Virus record (IMG/VR): IMGVR_UViG_3300027747_002957
DNA: 64,000 nucleotides
Strand: one strand, 5' to 3'
Source of the DNA: an uncultured virus (IMG/VR IMGVR_UViG_3300027747_002957)
Taxonomy: Duplodnaviria > Heunggongvirae > Uroviricota > Caudoviricetes
Below the pieces are notes generated by a model. That model was not told the origin of the DNA. It was given only the letters and a program-made list of their open reading frames with translations, and made no database searches. The position numbers and the translations under genes are program-made. Positions 49,682-60,539 of the stretch are shown one piece after another. Position 1 is the stretch's first letter; the number at the start of each line of letters is the position of its first letter.

Positions 49682-51106
49682 ATGTCTCAGCTCATATTAT
49701 GGAACATGCCAGCCACATATGATAGCACAGCCAGTGCTGTGAGACCTCTTGGACCACACAAGCTGGCTAGCTGGTTGCGGCAGAATGGATATGCTGTCAA
49801 GGTGATAGATTTCGCAGGCTGCATGAGCCTGGCAGATCTGGTTGCCATCACGGAAAGATGGATCGATCACACCACCCTGGCCATAGGCGTCAGCACCACT
49901 TTCTTCCCCAACGAAGATCCTCAGGCTAGATCGTCAGGCCAGGCCATAGAACAGGCATTGCCCATGCCAGATTGGGTCAGAGCAGGCCAAGCTGCTGTGG
50001 CGGCCAAATACCCTGGCCTGCGTTGGGTCATGGGCGGAACTCGAGTCAACCAATTTCTACAGCCTGGCTGGACTGGTTTCACGGGTGCCGGCGAAGATCA
50101 GATGCTGGCATGGTTGGATGAGACCAGCCAAGCAGCTGGTCAGACCAGGCCACGGTTCGATATCACCACCAGCTGTGGTCCCGTGTTCACCGACGACGAT
50201 CACATAGATCGCTGGGAAGTGATACCGATCGAGCTGGGCCGTGGCTGCATGTTCCGCTGTAGGTTCTGCAGCTATGAATATCTGGGCAAGACTCCTGGCA
50301 CCTATCTGCGCAGTGCTGACAGCATCAAAGCTGAGATCATGCACTACCATGAGCGCTGGGGCGTCACGAGGTTCTATTACATCGACGACACTGTTAATGA
50401 AACAGTGGAAAAGGTGCGCATGCTCAGGGACATAGCTGCCAGCGTGCCCTTTAGACTGGAATGGATCGGCTACATCAGGGCTGACTTGGTATGGGCACGC
50501 CCCGAGACTGAACAGCTGTTGCTGGAAAGCGGCCTGCGCAGCACTTTCATAGGCATAGAAAGCTTTGAGTCCAACAGCAGCAAGATGATAGGCAAGGGTT
50601 GGTCAGGACTGCACGGCAAGGAATGGTTGCTGAAGATGCAGCAGCGGTGGGAAGGCAAGATCAACTGGGCGCTGGGACTGATAGTGGGTCTACCTGGACA
50701 GACAGAAGCACAGCTCGAAGCTGATGGCCAGTGGTTGATTGACAACAACATGAACAATTGGCGCTGGGCTGCGCTGTGATCAGTTCCAGGCATGTTTGAA
50801 AGCGAGTTCAGCCGCAACAGTCAGAAATACGGTTTCAGCTTCCCTGATCCCACTCAGAGCTGGGAGTGGGCACACCAAGAAAGTGGCTGGAACCTGACCA
50901 AGGCACGCAAGCTGGTCATGAAATACACTCGCGCACATCGACCACTGATGAAGCAGGCTGCTTGGCCACTGGGGGATTGGGCTAGCCTGGGATTTGAACT
51001 GGATCTTCTCATGCAGGAAAACTGCAAGACCAGCCCATACCTACCCATCCTAGCAGAGCGCAAGCTAGCGTTCGTGGAAAATTACGTTGCCCACAGCCTG
51101 GCTTGA
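49682..51106 (+). CDS. B12-binding (class B-like) radical SAM protein interrupted by an in-frame TGA (50777-50779)
   Basis: GRGCMFRCRFC, IDDT.N, IGIES, IVGLPG; frame continues after TGA into SEFSRN..KYG. Confidence 0.75.
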
Positions 51107-51159
51107 TAGATCAGCCCAACTTTATATGCTATAATAAATCACGACCTTGGAAACGATCA

Positions 51160-52542
51160 GTGGCAGACAAGCAACGCATAGATGAGCTGGCACCCCTGAT
51201 GGACGCGATCAGTCCTACCTTCTGCTTGGCCAAATGGCATCATACCACCATATACCTCCACACCGGCGAGACCCACAGCTGCTATCATCCAGCTCCACAT
51301 GCCATAGACGAAAAGCGCATTGGCTGGGACCCTGGCGCCCTGCACAACACTCGCGAGAAAAAGGCAGAACGTCGCCAGATGCTGAACGGGGGCAAGCCCA
51401 AGGGCTGCGACTACTGCTGGAAGATCGAAGACATGGGCACAGGCTATGTCAGCGATAGGCACATACGCAACAGCACCATCTATCGCCCTGAACGCTTGGC
51501 AGAGATCACTGCACTGGGTGCCAACTTTGATGTCAAGCCCGAGTACATAGAGATCAGCTTTGGCAACGAGTGCAACTTCAAGTGTGGCTACTGCCATCCC
51601 AAGGCCAGCAGCAAATACTACAACGAGATACGAGACCACGGTCCCTATGTCATGGTCAAGAACCATCGCTGCGACATAGATTGGCTGCACATACGCGAAG
51701 AAGATTCCAATCCCTTCGTGGATGCTTGGTGGCAGTGGTGGCCGCAGATCAGAGACACTGTGAACATCATGCGAGTCACTGGCGGCGAGCCTCTGTTACA
51801 CAGCAGCACCTGGCTGCTGCTGGACGACCTGCTGGCCAATCCCATGCCCAATCTAGAGCTGAACATCAACAGCAATCTGGGAGTCAAGCCCATCCTGGTG
51901 GAGCGCATGAGCCGCAAGGTCAGACAGCTCATGGATCACGGCTGCATCAAGAGCTTCAGCCTTTATACCAGCATGGATACCTGGGGTCCACAGGCAGAAT
52001 ACATACGCACAGGCTTAGACTTGGCGACCTGGGAGCAGAACCTAGACACCTATATGACAGTGAGCGGCCAGATCGTCAGCTTTATGATCACCTTCAATGC
52101 GCTGAGCGTGCCCAACTTCCAGTCACTGCTGGTCAAGCTGTTGGAATGGCGTGCTCGATATGCTCCCACACATGATCCCAAGCCCAAGATACGCAACGTG
52201 CGGTTTGACACGCCCTATCTCAGAGAGCCACTGCAGTATGACATCAACATACTGCCCAAGGCAGAATTCATGCCCTATATGCATGCTGCGTTGGCCTACA
52301 TGGAAGCTCACGAGGATGACGAGAACAAGCAGGCCTTTGGCACCCTGGAGGTAGACAAGTTCCGACGAGTGGTGAGATACATGGAGACCACTGCGTACAC
52401 AGAGGATAAAATAACAGAGGGCAGGCGAGACTTCCATGCTTGGTTCACGGAGCATGATCGCCGACGGCACACGGATTTCACGGCCACTTTCCCAGAGCTG
52501 GTTGAATTTTACAGGGAGTGCGCTCAGATCCATGAACACTGA
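51160..52542 (+). CDS. radical SAM protein (N-terminal twitch-like domain)
   Basis: FCLAKW, CDYCW, CNFKCGYC, GGEPL. Confidence 0.92.
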   Translation: MADKQRIDELAPLMDAISPTFCLAKWHHTTIYLHTGETHSCYHPAPHAIDEKRIGWDPGALHNTREKKAERRQMLNGGKPKGCDYCWKIEDMGTGYVSDRHIRNSTIYRPERLAEITALGANFDVKPEYIEISFGNECNFKCGYCHPKASSKYYNEIRDHGPYVMVKNHRCDIDWLHIREEDSNPFVDAWWQWWPQIRDTVNIMRVTGGEPLLHSSTWLLLDDLLANPMPNLELNINSNLGVKPILVERMSRKVRQLMDHGCIKSFSLYTSMDTWGPQAEYIRTGLDLATWEQNLDTYMTVSGQIVSFMITFNALSVPNFQSLLVKLLEWRARYAPTHDPKPKIRNVRFDTPYLREPLQYDINILPKAEFMPYMHAALAYMEAHEDDENKQAFGTLEVDKFRRVVRYMETTAYTEDKITEGRRDFHAWFTEHDRRRHTDFTATFPELVEFYRECAQIHEH

Positions 52543-54778
52543 TGATCTCATAGACTCCAAGAAGAATGAAGTGTTCTGCATGCTGCCTTGGACGCACATG
52601 CACTTCTGGCCAGATGGCCGCACCATGCCCTGCTGCATCACGGACCCTAACACCAACGTGTTGGGCAACTTCAACGATCAGACCATAGCACAGCTGTGGA
52701 ACAGCGAACTGATCCGCGACATGCGACGCAACATGCTGGCAGGTCGACGCAGCCATGCCTGCAGCAAGTGCTACGAGCAAGAGTCAGCTGGCGTGGAAAC
52801 TCTGCGCATCAGCAGCAATGCTGAGCTCAAGCAGCATCTGCCCTTGGTCTCGGAGACTGCTGATGATGGTGCTCTGCCTCGCGTGAACCTGGCATACCTG
52901 GACATACGCTTCAGCAACATCTGCAACCTGCGCTGCAGGACCTGTGGCCACGGTCTCAGCAGTGGATGGTACGACGAGTACAAGGCTCGCTGGCCAGAAT
53001 ACAGCCAGCCCCGCATCATGAACATCAACAAGTCCGGGGACTTCTGGGCTCAGCTGCTGCCGCATCTGGACCACACTGAGCATGTGCACTTCGCAGGCGG
53101 TGAGAGCCTCATGACTGACGAGCATTATCGCATGCTGGACCATTGGATCAGCCGAGGTCTCAAGTACGTGCTGCTGCGCTATACCACCAACTTCACGGTG
53201 CTGAACTACAAGAAGCGTGATCTGTTCGAACTGTGGAAGAACTTCAACAACATCAGGGTGGCAGCTAGCTTGGATGGCAGCCATGCTCGCGGAGAGTATC
53301 TGCGCAAGAACATGGTGTGGAGCGAGGTAGTGGAGAACCGCCGCCGACTGATGCGAGAAGTGCCTAAGGTGGTGTTTGCGATCACGCCCACCGTGAGCCT
53401 CATGAACGTGCTGCACCTGCCTGACTTCCACAGGGAATGGATAGAGCTGGGCCTGCTGGAACCCCAGCATGCACGGCTGAACATACTGACCTGGCCCAAC
53501 CACAGCAGCGTGCGAGTGCTGCCCAGCCATCTCAAGGACCAAGCGCGGCACAAGATACGCGAGCACCAGACCTGGCTGAGGTCACTGGGCACGCCAGACT
53601 GGTATGTCAGCAACTGGGACAGCGTGATCAACGTCATGGACAGCAGCGACGACAGCCACCTCATCCCTGACTTCCTCCGCGAGACCAAGCTGGTGGATGG
53701 CATGCGCAAGGAAAGCTTCTTTGACACGTTCCCCGAGCTGGCCAGCATGGATCCTGATGCCCGGCCCCGCTCAGTGCCCGCAGCGGCTGTGCCTTCAGCA
53801 GTGACTACTGGTGCTCAGCTGGACAGGATAGACTGGAGCGGCGAGCCAGTGCTGTTCATCACCTGGCAGACCAGCGATGTCTGCAACCATCGCTGTGGCT
53901 ACTGCAACCCTGGCAACTATGGCGGCACACAGCCCAACACTGACATCAAGGCCTACCAGCGCAACATGGCCACCATGTTGGCTGCCATGCGCGACCGAGG
54001 CTTCAAGAGGATCAAGCTGTTCCTCAGCGGAGGCGAACCCACGCACTGGCAGGGGCTCATACCCATGCTGGACTGGTTCAAGTTCAGCAGCGACTATGAC
54101 GTCACGGTGGCCATCAACACCAACCTCAGCAGGCCCACGGTGTGGTGGGAGAGGTTCCACAGTTACTTCGACGACGTGGTGGCCAGCTACCACCCCGAGT
54201 GGGTCAAGCACGAGCAGTTCATGGCCAATGCCAAGTACTTGGAGACCAGAGTCAACTACTTGGCCATACGCATGATGATGGCCGAGGACCACTGGGATAG
54301 CCAGATGGCGCGTGCTGATGAGATCTTTGATGCCATGGGTAACGTGCACATGGAATACGTACCCATACTGGCCGAGATGAGCACTGCGGCCCAGCCCTAT
54401 GACTACAGCGACAAGAACAAGATAGACTGGCTGATGAACAACAACCTGCGCATCAAGCAGACGCTGACCAAGCCCAAGAACAGAGTGGGCAGCACAGCCA
54501 CCATGGAGCATTGGAGCGACGGCACGGTGCAGCCAGTGAACAGCAACAGGTTGGCAGCAGAGCGCGTCAACTTCTTTGAGGGTTGGCAGTGCGATCTTGG
54601 TACCAGCATCAACATAGGCATCAATGGCGACATAACCCTGGGCAGCTGTGGCGTCAGCGGAGTCATAGGCAACATCTCTGGGCAGCTGAACCTGGACAGC
54701 CTGCCCGTGACAGTGACCTGCAGCAAGCACCACTGCCACTGCGGCACTGACATCTGCATCCCCAAGAGGCGCACATGA
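52532..54778 (+). CDS. fusion of two radical SAM domains
   Basis: CNLRCRTC/GGES and CNHRCGYC/GGEPT in one ORF. Confidence 0.9.
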   Translation: MNTDDLIDSKKNEVFCMLPWTHMHFWPDGRTMPCCITDPNTNVLGNFNDQTIAQLWNSELIRDMRRNMLAGRRSHACSKCYEQESAGVETLRISSNAELKQHLPLVSETADDGALPRVNLAYLDIRFSNICNLRCRTCGHGLSSGWYDEYKARWPEYSQPRIMNINKSGDFWAQLLPHLDHTEHVHFAGGESLMTDEHYRMLDHWISRGLKYVLLRYTTNFTVLNYKKRDLFELWKNFNNIRVAASLDGSHARGEYLRKNMVWSEVVENRRRLMREVPKVVFAITPTVSLMNVLHLPDFHREWIELGLLEPQHARLNILTWPNHSSVRVLPSHLKDQARHKIREHQTWLRSLGTPDWYVSNWDSVINVMDSSDDSHLIPDFLRETKLVDGMRKESFFDTFPELASMDPDARPRSVPAAAVPSAVTTGAQLDRIDWSGEPVLFITWQTSDVCNHRCGYCNPGNYGGTQPNTDIKAYQRNMATMLAAMRDRGFKRIKLFLSGGEPTHWQGLIPMLDWFKFSSDYDVTVAINTNLSRPTVWWERFHSYFDDVVASYHPEWVKHEQFMANAKYLETRVNYLAIRMMMAEDHWDSQMARADEIFDAMGNVHMEYVPILAEMSTAAQPYDYSDKNKIDWLMNNNLRIKQTLTKPKNRVGSTATMEHWSDGTVQPVNSNRLAAERVNFFEGWQCDLGTSINIGINGDITLGSCGVSGVIGNISGQLNLDSLPVTVTCSKHHCHCGTDICIPKRRT

Positions 54779-56040
54779 CCACTGACAGCTTCTGCGTGAT
54801 GCCATGGCGCAATCTCAACACCACTCCCATGGGCCAGTGCAAGCTCTGCTGCAACATACAGGATTTCAAGGTCATACATGAGGTGGGCGGCACTCCCTTG
54901 AACTGGGGCACCAACAGCCTTACGCACATCTGGAACGGTGAGCACATGCAGGGCGTGCGGCAGAAGATGCTGCAGGGTGAACAGGTCAGCGACTGTGGCA
55001 TCTGTTATGGCATCGAAGCCAGCGGGGTAGCTAGCCCACGGCAACTGGCCAATCAAGCACAGCCCATGGATAGATCTCTGCTAGGTAGGATCAGCGACAG
55101 CTTGCCTGTGAGTTTTGAGCTGCGGCCCAGCACTCGCTGCAACCTAACCTGCGTCACTTGCTGGAGCGGCAGCAGCGACAGGGTGGCTGCACAGAGGCGT
55201 GAGCTTTTGGATGATGACAACACAGTGCTACCGCCGTGGTTGGCCAAAGAATGGCACAAGGAGCTGCGCATCAACAAATCAGATGGCAGCGAAGAATGGA
55301 AAAGCGATGGTGATTACATAAGCAGGTCGCAGAGCCTTGACAACTTCAAACTCATGGCACCAACCCTGCAGCGTCTGTATATCACAGGCGGCGAGCCAAC
55401 CATGGATGCCAATATCTATCAGTATCTGGACATACTGCTGGAGGCAGGCAACACTGACTGCGAGGTCAGCTTCACCACCAACTGCACCCTGTGGAATCCC
55501 AAGCTGATACAGCAGCTGAGCCAGTTCAAGACAGAAGTGCAGATCAGCATAGACGGTTTTGGTGCGCAGGACGAATTCATACGGCAGGGCACAGTGTGGA
55601 GTGAAAAGGACCAAAACTTCCGTCGCTATCTCAGCAGTGGCATGGCACAGAGCATCAAGATATTCACGGTGGTCAGCGCACTGAACTGCCTCAGCATGCG
55701 ACCTCTGCTGCGGCACATCAGCTACACGGTACAAGAGATAGGGACCCCCTGCATATGGTTCCCCATAGTCTTGGATTTTCCGCCATATCTCAGCGTTGAA
55801 GCTGTGCCACTGGCAGCTCGGCAGTCTGCTTGGCGCGATCTAAAGCGCAGCATTCCTCAAGGCCCCTGTGACATGCATCATGGCATCGCGTATGCCCAGC
55901 AGGTGGTGACCAACAGGCCCTTTGACAGTGATCTCAGCCTGAGGCTGCAGCAGTGGTTGGTGTTCAAGCGCACAGCGCATGGCATAGACACTGCTGACAT
56001 ATTACCAGAGCTCACGGAGGCCCTTGTTGCCTGTGCCTGA
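54775..56040 (+). CDS. radical SAM protein (N-terminal twitch-like domain)
   Basis: FCVMPW...CC; CNLTCVTC; GGEPT. Confidence 0.92.
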   Translation: MTTDSFCVMPWRNLNTTPMGQCKLCCNIQDFKVIHEVGGTPLNWGTNSLTHIWNGEHMQGVRQKMLQGEQVSDCGICYGIEASGVASPRQLANQAQPMDRSLLGRISDSLPVSFELRPSTRCNLTCVTCWSGSSDRVAAQRRELLDDDNTVLPPWLAKEWHKELRINKSDGSEEWKSDGDYISRSQSLDNFKLMAPTLQRLYITGGEPTMDANIYQYLDILLEAGNTDCEVSFTTNCTLWNPKLIQQLSQFKTEVQISIDGFGAQDEFIRQGTVWSEKDQNFRRYLSSGMAQSIKIFTVVSALNCLSMRPLLRHISYTVQEIGTPCIWFPIVLDFPPYLSVEAVPLAARQSAWRDLKRSIPQGPCDMHHGIAYAQQVVTNRPFDSDLSLRLQQWLVFKRTAHGIDTADILPELTEALVACA

Positions 56041-57286
56041 ACATCCCAGCTTCTGCGTGCTAGCCTACAACAGCCTCAGCCTGGATGGTCCCGGCCGGCC
56101 ACGTCTATGCTGCAACAACCACGGCCACTGGAAGGACTTCAGCAATCCATTCATCACTGACATCACTGAACCCTTGGAAGTGCTCAACAGCCCGCTGCAC
56201 AAGGCCGTGAGGCAGAGCATCGCTAAGAGTGAGAGACATCCAAGCTGCAGCAAGTGCTGGCAGATCGAAGACACTGGTGGTGTCAGCTTCAGGCATATCT
56301 GGAACGGTGTCTACAGCGATCTGGGATACAGCTGCCAGCCGCGTGCCACGGCCAGCGACGGCACGCTGCTGCCAGGCAGTGACATACAGTATCTGGACAT
56401 AACCTTTGGCAATAAGTGCAACCTAGTGTGCCGCATGTGCAACTGGGCCAACAGCCACCTGTGGACCATAGACAACATCAAGCTGGGCAGGCATGACAGC
56501 TATGCTGATCAGCGTGCCTCACACCAGCAGTGGTTCGAGGATCCCAGGGCCATGGAGGTGATACTCAGCACGCTGCCCACGGTCACGCACATCAACTTCC
56601 TTGGCGGGGAACCGCTGATCATAAAGCAGCATCACGAGATCCTTGAAGCCTGCGTGGCGCAGCAAGTGGCACATCGCATCAGCATCAGCTACAACACCAA
56701 TCTCACGCACATGCCCAGCCAGCTGCTGGAGCTGTGGCAGCAGTTTGGCCACATAACCATCAATGTCAGCCTCGAAGCAATCGGCAAGGCCAACGACTAC
56801 ATACGTCAGAACAGCAGCTGGGCAGACATCATGCGTAACCTACGTGCGCTACTGAGCATAGCAAAGCACCAAGAGACCATGAAGATCGACATACACACCA
56901 CGTTCGGTCTATACAACTGTTTCAGTGCTGCTGAGCTGATAACATGGTGCAGGCAAAGGCCTGGATTGGGTGGGCTGCCATTCGTGAACGTGGTCTATCA
57001 TCCCAGCTACCAAGACGTGAGGCTGCTGCCAGACAGTGCCAAGCGCACGGTGCGTGATCAGATACTAGCCGCGCTGGAGGGCATGCAGCAGCATCAATAT
57101 CACGCATCCTGGATAGCGGCACTGAACCACATGGACCAAAGCAGTGACTCGGTGTCTGCTCATCGCAACCCCGGATGGCCCACTGACCTGTGGCTTCAGT
57201 TCTGGCATGACGCTGGCGAGATAGATCGGCTCAAGAACAGGGCCATGGCTGATCACTTACCCCAGCTCTGGGAGCTGCGACCATGA
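56024..57286 (+). CDS. radical SAM protein (N-terminal twitch-like domain)
   Basis: FC...CC; CNLVCRMC; GGEPL. Confidence 0.92.
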   Translation: MLPVPEHPSFCVLAYNSLSLDGPGRPRLCCNNHGHWKDFSNPFITDITEPLEVLNSPLHKAVRQSIAKSERHPSCSKCWQIEDTGGVSFRHIWNGVYSDLGYSCQPRATASDGTLLPGSDIQYLDITFGNKCNLVCRMCNWANSHLWTIDNIKLGRHDSYADQRASHQQWFEDPRAMEVILSTLPTVTHINFLGGEPLIIKQHHEILEACVAQQVAHRISISYNTNLTHMPSQLLELWQQFGHITINVSLEAIGKANDYIRQNSSWADIMRNLRALLSIAKHQETMKIDIHTTFGLYNCFSAAELITWCRQRPGLGGLPFVNVVYHPSYQDVRLLPDSAKRTVRDQILAALEGMQQHQYHASWIAALNHMDQSSDSVSAHRNPGWPTDLWLQFWHDAGEIDRLKNRAMADHLPQLWELRP

Positions 57287-58542
57287 CCGTGCACTGGGTG
57301 TTTGACGATCCCACAAGGTTCAGGACCATGACGGCCTGCCCAGTGACCACCCTGGGTGTGAGAGATCACTTGGTAACTGGTAGGTTTCCCATTGCCAATT
57401 TCTTCCATTACTGGCGCAACAACTTTTGGAACCGATCCGACGTGGTATGGCAGCACAGCAGCGTCGCCGATCGTCCACGCAACTATGCCTACAACATAGG
57501 CACGTGGCAGGATGCGCAGTATTGGACCGGTTGGCAGGGCAACCAAGTTGGTTTCGACTGCTTTCTCAACCACGTGCCGCCAGAGGTCATGGCCGATGCT
57601 CAGCAGGGCCGCGCGCTGTTGGTCATAGACAATCTCAACGAAGGTTTCTATGAACCGAGGCTCTATGAGTATCTGCATCAGTGCTGTGCAGAGTATGCGC
57701 TGCCTCCCAGCTCGCTGTGCTTTCTCACTGGCAATGATCTTGATCACAGAGGCTATGCTGAATGGTGCGACGGTCTTGGCATCAGGGCTCGCATCACCAT
57801 CATTGGATTCCCGCACCTGCTGTACATGCAGCAGCTGAACCTACGAAACAGCACGCGACTAACCTGGGAAGATCAGATAGCTGCCAAGCGAGACGGCAGG
57901 CCAATCAGCCTTTACAACTGCCTCAACAGGGTCAGCAGGCAGCACCGCGAGCTCATGGTCATGAAGCTGATCGAGTCAGACCTACATCAGGAAGGCCTGG
58001 TCAGCCACAACCAGCTATGGTATCATGGCTGGCCAGACTGGGGCGTGCCGGAAGCTGTGATCAACAAGGCTCAGGCCACGCTGCCACTGATAGTGGATGA
58101 CGCAGACTTTGGCAACAACAAGGCCATGCACATCAATACCAGCATCTACACCAACAGCTGGTTCAGCGTGATCAACGAGACCCATGCCTTTGACGAGCCA
58201 CACAATCTGTTCATCAGCGAAAAGCTGTGGAAACCAATCTGGGCGCTGCAGCCGTTCATGGTCTGGGGTCACCAGAACACGCTGGCACTGCTGCGCAGCT
58301 GGGGCTTCGAAACCTATGGCTGCCTCTGGGACGAGATCTATGACAGCCAAACCGATCTAGCCAGGTTGGAGCTGATACTGCAGAACCTGCGCGAAGCACG
58401 GTGGCACAGGGACAAGCTGCACTGGTGGATGCGCTGCCGAGAAGTCTGCGAGCACAACCAACAGCTGTTCTGCGGCATGGATTGGTTCAACAGCAGCCAC
58501 CATCAGCAGTTCCTTGCTGCCTATCGTGGACTAAACAGCTGA
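57283..58542 (+). CDS. putative glycosyltransferase-like protein
   Basis: INET.......FISEKLWKP....PF..G motif reminiscent of GT10 SEK. Confidence 0.6.
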   Translation: MTVHWVFDDPTRFRTMTACPVTTLGVRDHLVTGRFPIANFFHYWRNNFWNRSDVVWQHSSVADRPRNYAYNIGTWQDAQYWTGWQGNQVGFDCFLNHVPPEVMADAQQGRALLVIDNLNEGFYEPRLYEYLHQCCAEYALPPSSLCFLTGNDLDHRGYAEWCDGLGIRARITIIGFPHLLYMQQLNLRNSTRLTWEDQIAAKRDGRPISLYNCLNRVSRQHRELMVMKLIESDLHQEGLVSHNQLWYHGWPDWGVPEAVINKAQATLPLIVDDADFGNNKAMHINTSIYTNSWFSVINETHAFDEPHNLFISEKLWKPIWALQPFMVWGHQNTLALLRSWGFETYGCLWDEIYDSQTDLARLELILQNLREARWHRDKLHWWMRCREVCEHNQQLFCGMDWFNSSHHQQFLAAYRGLNS

Positions 58543-60446
58543 TGAAGAAACTCTATCTCTCGCAGATCAACAACAGCTTTGGTGGGCAGGCCTTCCTGCC
58601 CTATTCAGTGGGCATGCTGTGGAGCTACGCAGCAAGCCAGCCTGACATCGCACACAGCTATGAGCTGGGCGGCCTGCTGTTCCTTCGCGAACCCTTGGAC
58701 ACTGCGGCTGATCGCATGGTGGACCCAGACGTGCTGGCTCTCAGCTGCTATCTGTGGAACTGGAACTATAACATGGCACTGGCCAAGCTGGTGAAGCAGA
58801 GATATCCCAGCTGCGTGATAGTACTGGGTGGACCAGAAGTGCCCAGCAGTGGTTTTGATTCCGAGATCACGGTTGCTGACTATCTGGTGCATGACGAAGG
58901 CGAGATCACTTTCGTGGAACTGCTGCGAGTGATCAGAGATGGTGGTGATCCTGCTGGTGTGCAGGGCATCAGCTATCTGCGAGATGGTGTGGCTCACAAA
59001 ACAGAATCTCGTGCGCGCCTAGCAGATCTCTCAGTGCTACCAAGCCCTTATCTCAGTGGGTTGTTCGCTAAGCTGATCCGAGAAAATCCGCAGATAGCTT
59101 GGCATGCCAGCCAAGAGACACATAGAGGCTGCCCCTACAGCTGTACCTTCTGCGACTGGGGATCAGCTGTGTACACCAAGATACGGCAGTTTGACACAGC
59201 TCGCTTGGTCAGCGAACTTTCTTGGTTTGGCACCAACCGTATCGATCTGCTCTACAACTGCGACGCCAACTATGGAATCTATGCTCGCGATCTGGACATC
59301 ACTGCTGAGATGGTGAAAACCAAGCAGCAGTGGGGCTATCCTCAGAAGTTCCGTGCCAGCTATGCCAAGCGCAGCGATCAAAAGGTCTTTGACATAGCCA
59401 AGCTGCTGAACGATGCTGGCATGAGCAAGGGTGTGACGCTGAGCATGCAGAGCATGGATCCACACACATTGGGGATCATCAAGCGCAAGAACATAGCCAT
59501 CGAAGACTTCCGACCCCTGGTTGATCGCTATAGGCAGCAGAACATAGCAACCTACACAGAACTGATAATAGGCCTGCCGGGCGAGACGCTGCACAGCTAT
59601 AAACAGGGCATCGAGACACTGTTACAGGGTGGGCAGCACGACAACCTAGTGATCTACACCTGCATGGTGCTGCGCAATTCAGAGATGGCAGATCCCAGAC
59701 ACATGGCTGAGCAGGGCATACGAAAGCAGCGTGTACCTCTGATGGACAATCACAGCAGCACTCGTCCAGATGAGATACCGGAATACAATGACATAGTGAT
59801 CGCGACCAGCAGCATGCCTCATGACGATTGGCGAGCTGCCTATAGGATCAGCTGGATCGTGCAGGCACTGCATTGCCTTGGTCTCACTCAGTATCTGGCC
59901 ATGGACTATTGGCGAGTGAACGGCAGCTATACCGAGTTCTATGAGCGCTTGCTGCGAGCACACCGTGACCAACCCACACTGCTGGGCGCACAGATTGCTA
60001 GGATCGATCACACGCTGGATCGCATGCTGGATGGCGCCGAGGATCTGGGCCAGAGCGATAGCCGTTTCGGTGACATCAACTGGCCAGTTGAAGAGCTGAC
60101 ATTCCTGCAGCTGCGATCAGACAGCACTCGTTTCTATGCTGAGCTTGTGCCTTTCCTGCGTGATTGGATGACCGATGATCACATCGCAGACGCAGTGCAC
60201 TTCCAGCAGCAGTGGATACTGGGACCCGATCACGAGACAGATGAAGCACACAGCTATGGCCATGACATACCCAGCATGATCACTGCCGCGCTGCGCTGCA
60301 CGCCAGGTCCAGTGCTACGGCAACCAGTATCCGTGAGCTTTGAGTCCGCATCCTATCCCCGCAGCAGCCAAGACTGGGCGCGACAGATAGTTTGGTATGG
60401 CAGGAAACAGGTGTTACACAAGAGGAGGATACATGAGATTGCTTGA
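58542..60446 (+). CDS. B12-binding (class B-like) radical SAM protein
   Basis: SCYLWN, GGPEV, RGCPYSCTFC, DANYG, IGLPGET. Confidence 0.9.
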   Translation: MKKLYLSQINNSFGGQAFLPYSVGMLWSYAASQPDIAHSYELGGLLFLREPLDTAADRMVDPDVLALSCYLWNWNYNMALAKLVKQRYPSCVIVLGGPEVPSSGFDSEITVADYLVHDEGEITFVELLRVIRDGGDPAGVQGISYLRDGVAHKTESRARLADLSVLPSPYLSGLFAKLIRENPQIAWHASQETHRGCPYSCTFCDWGSAVYTKIRQFDTARLVSELSWFGTNRIDLLYNCDANYGIYARDLDITAEMVKTKQQWGYPQKFRASYAKRSDQKVFDIAKLLNDAGMSKGVTLSMQSMDPHTLGIIKRKNIAIEDFRPLVDRYRQQNIATYTELIIGLPGETLHSYKQGIETLLQGGQHDNLVIYTCMVLRNSEMADPRHMAEQGIRKQRVPLMDNHSSTRPDEIPEYNDIVIATSSMPHDDWRAAYRISWIVQALHCLGLTQYLAMDYWRVNGSYTEFYERLLRAHRDQPTLLGAQIARIDHTLDRMLDGAEDLGQSDSRFGDINWPVEELTFLQLRSDSTRFYAELVPFLRDWMTDDHIADAVHFQQQWILGPDHETDEAHSYGHDIPSMITAALRCTPGPVLRQPVSVSFESASYPRSSQDWARQIVWYGRKQVLHKRRIHEIA

Positions 60447-60539
60447 TTGGCTTTTGTCCCCATACCGGCGCTGGCGTAGCTGGCGCAGATACCAACAGCG
60501 CATGTCTGAGCTGCGCAAGCGCGATCCGTTCATCTACAG

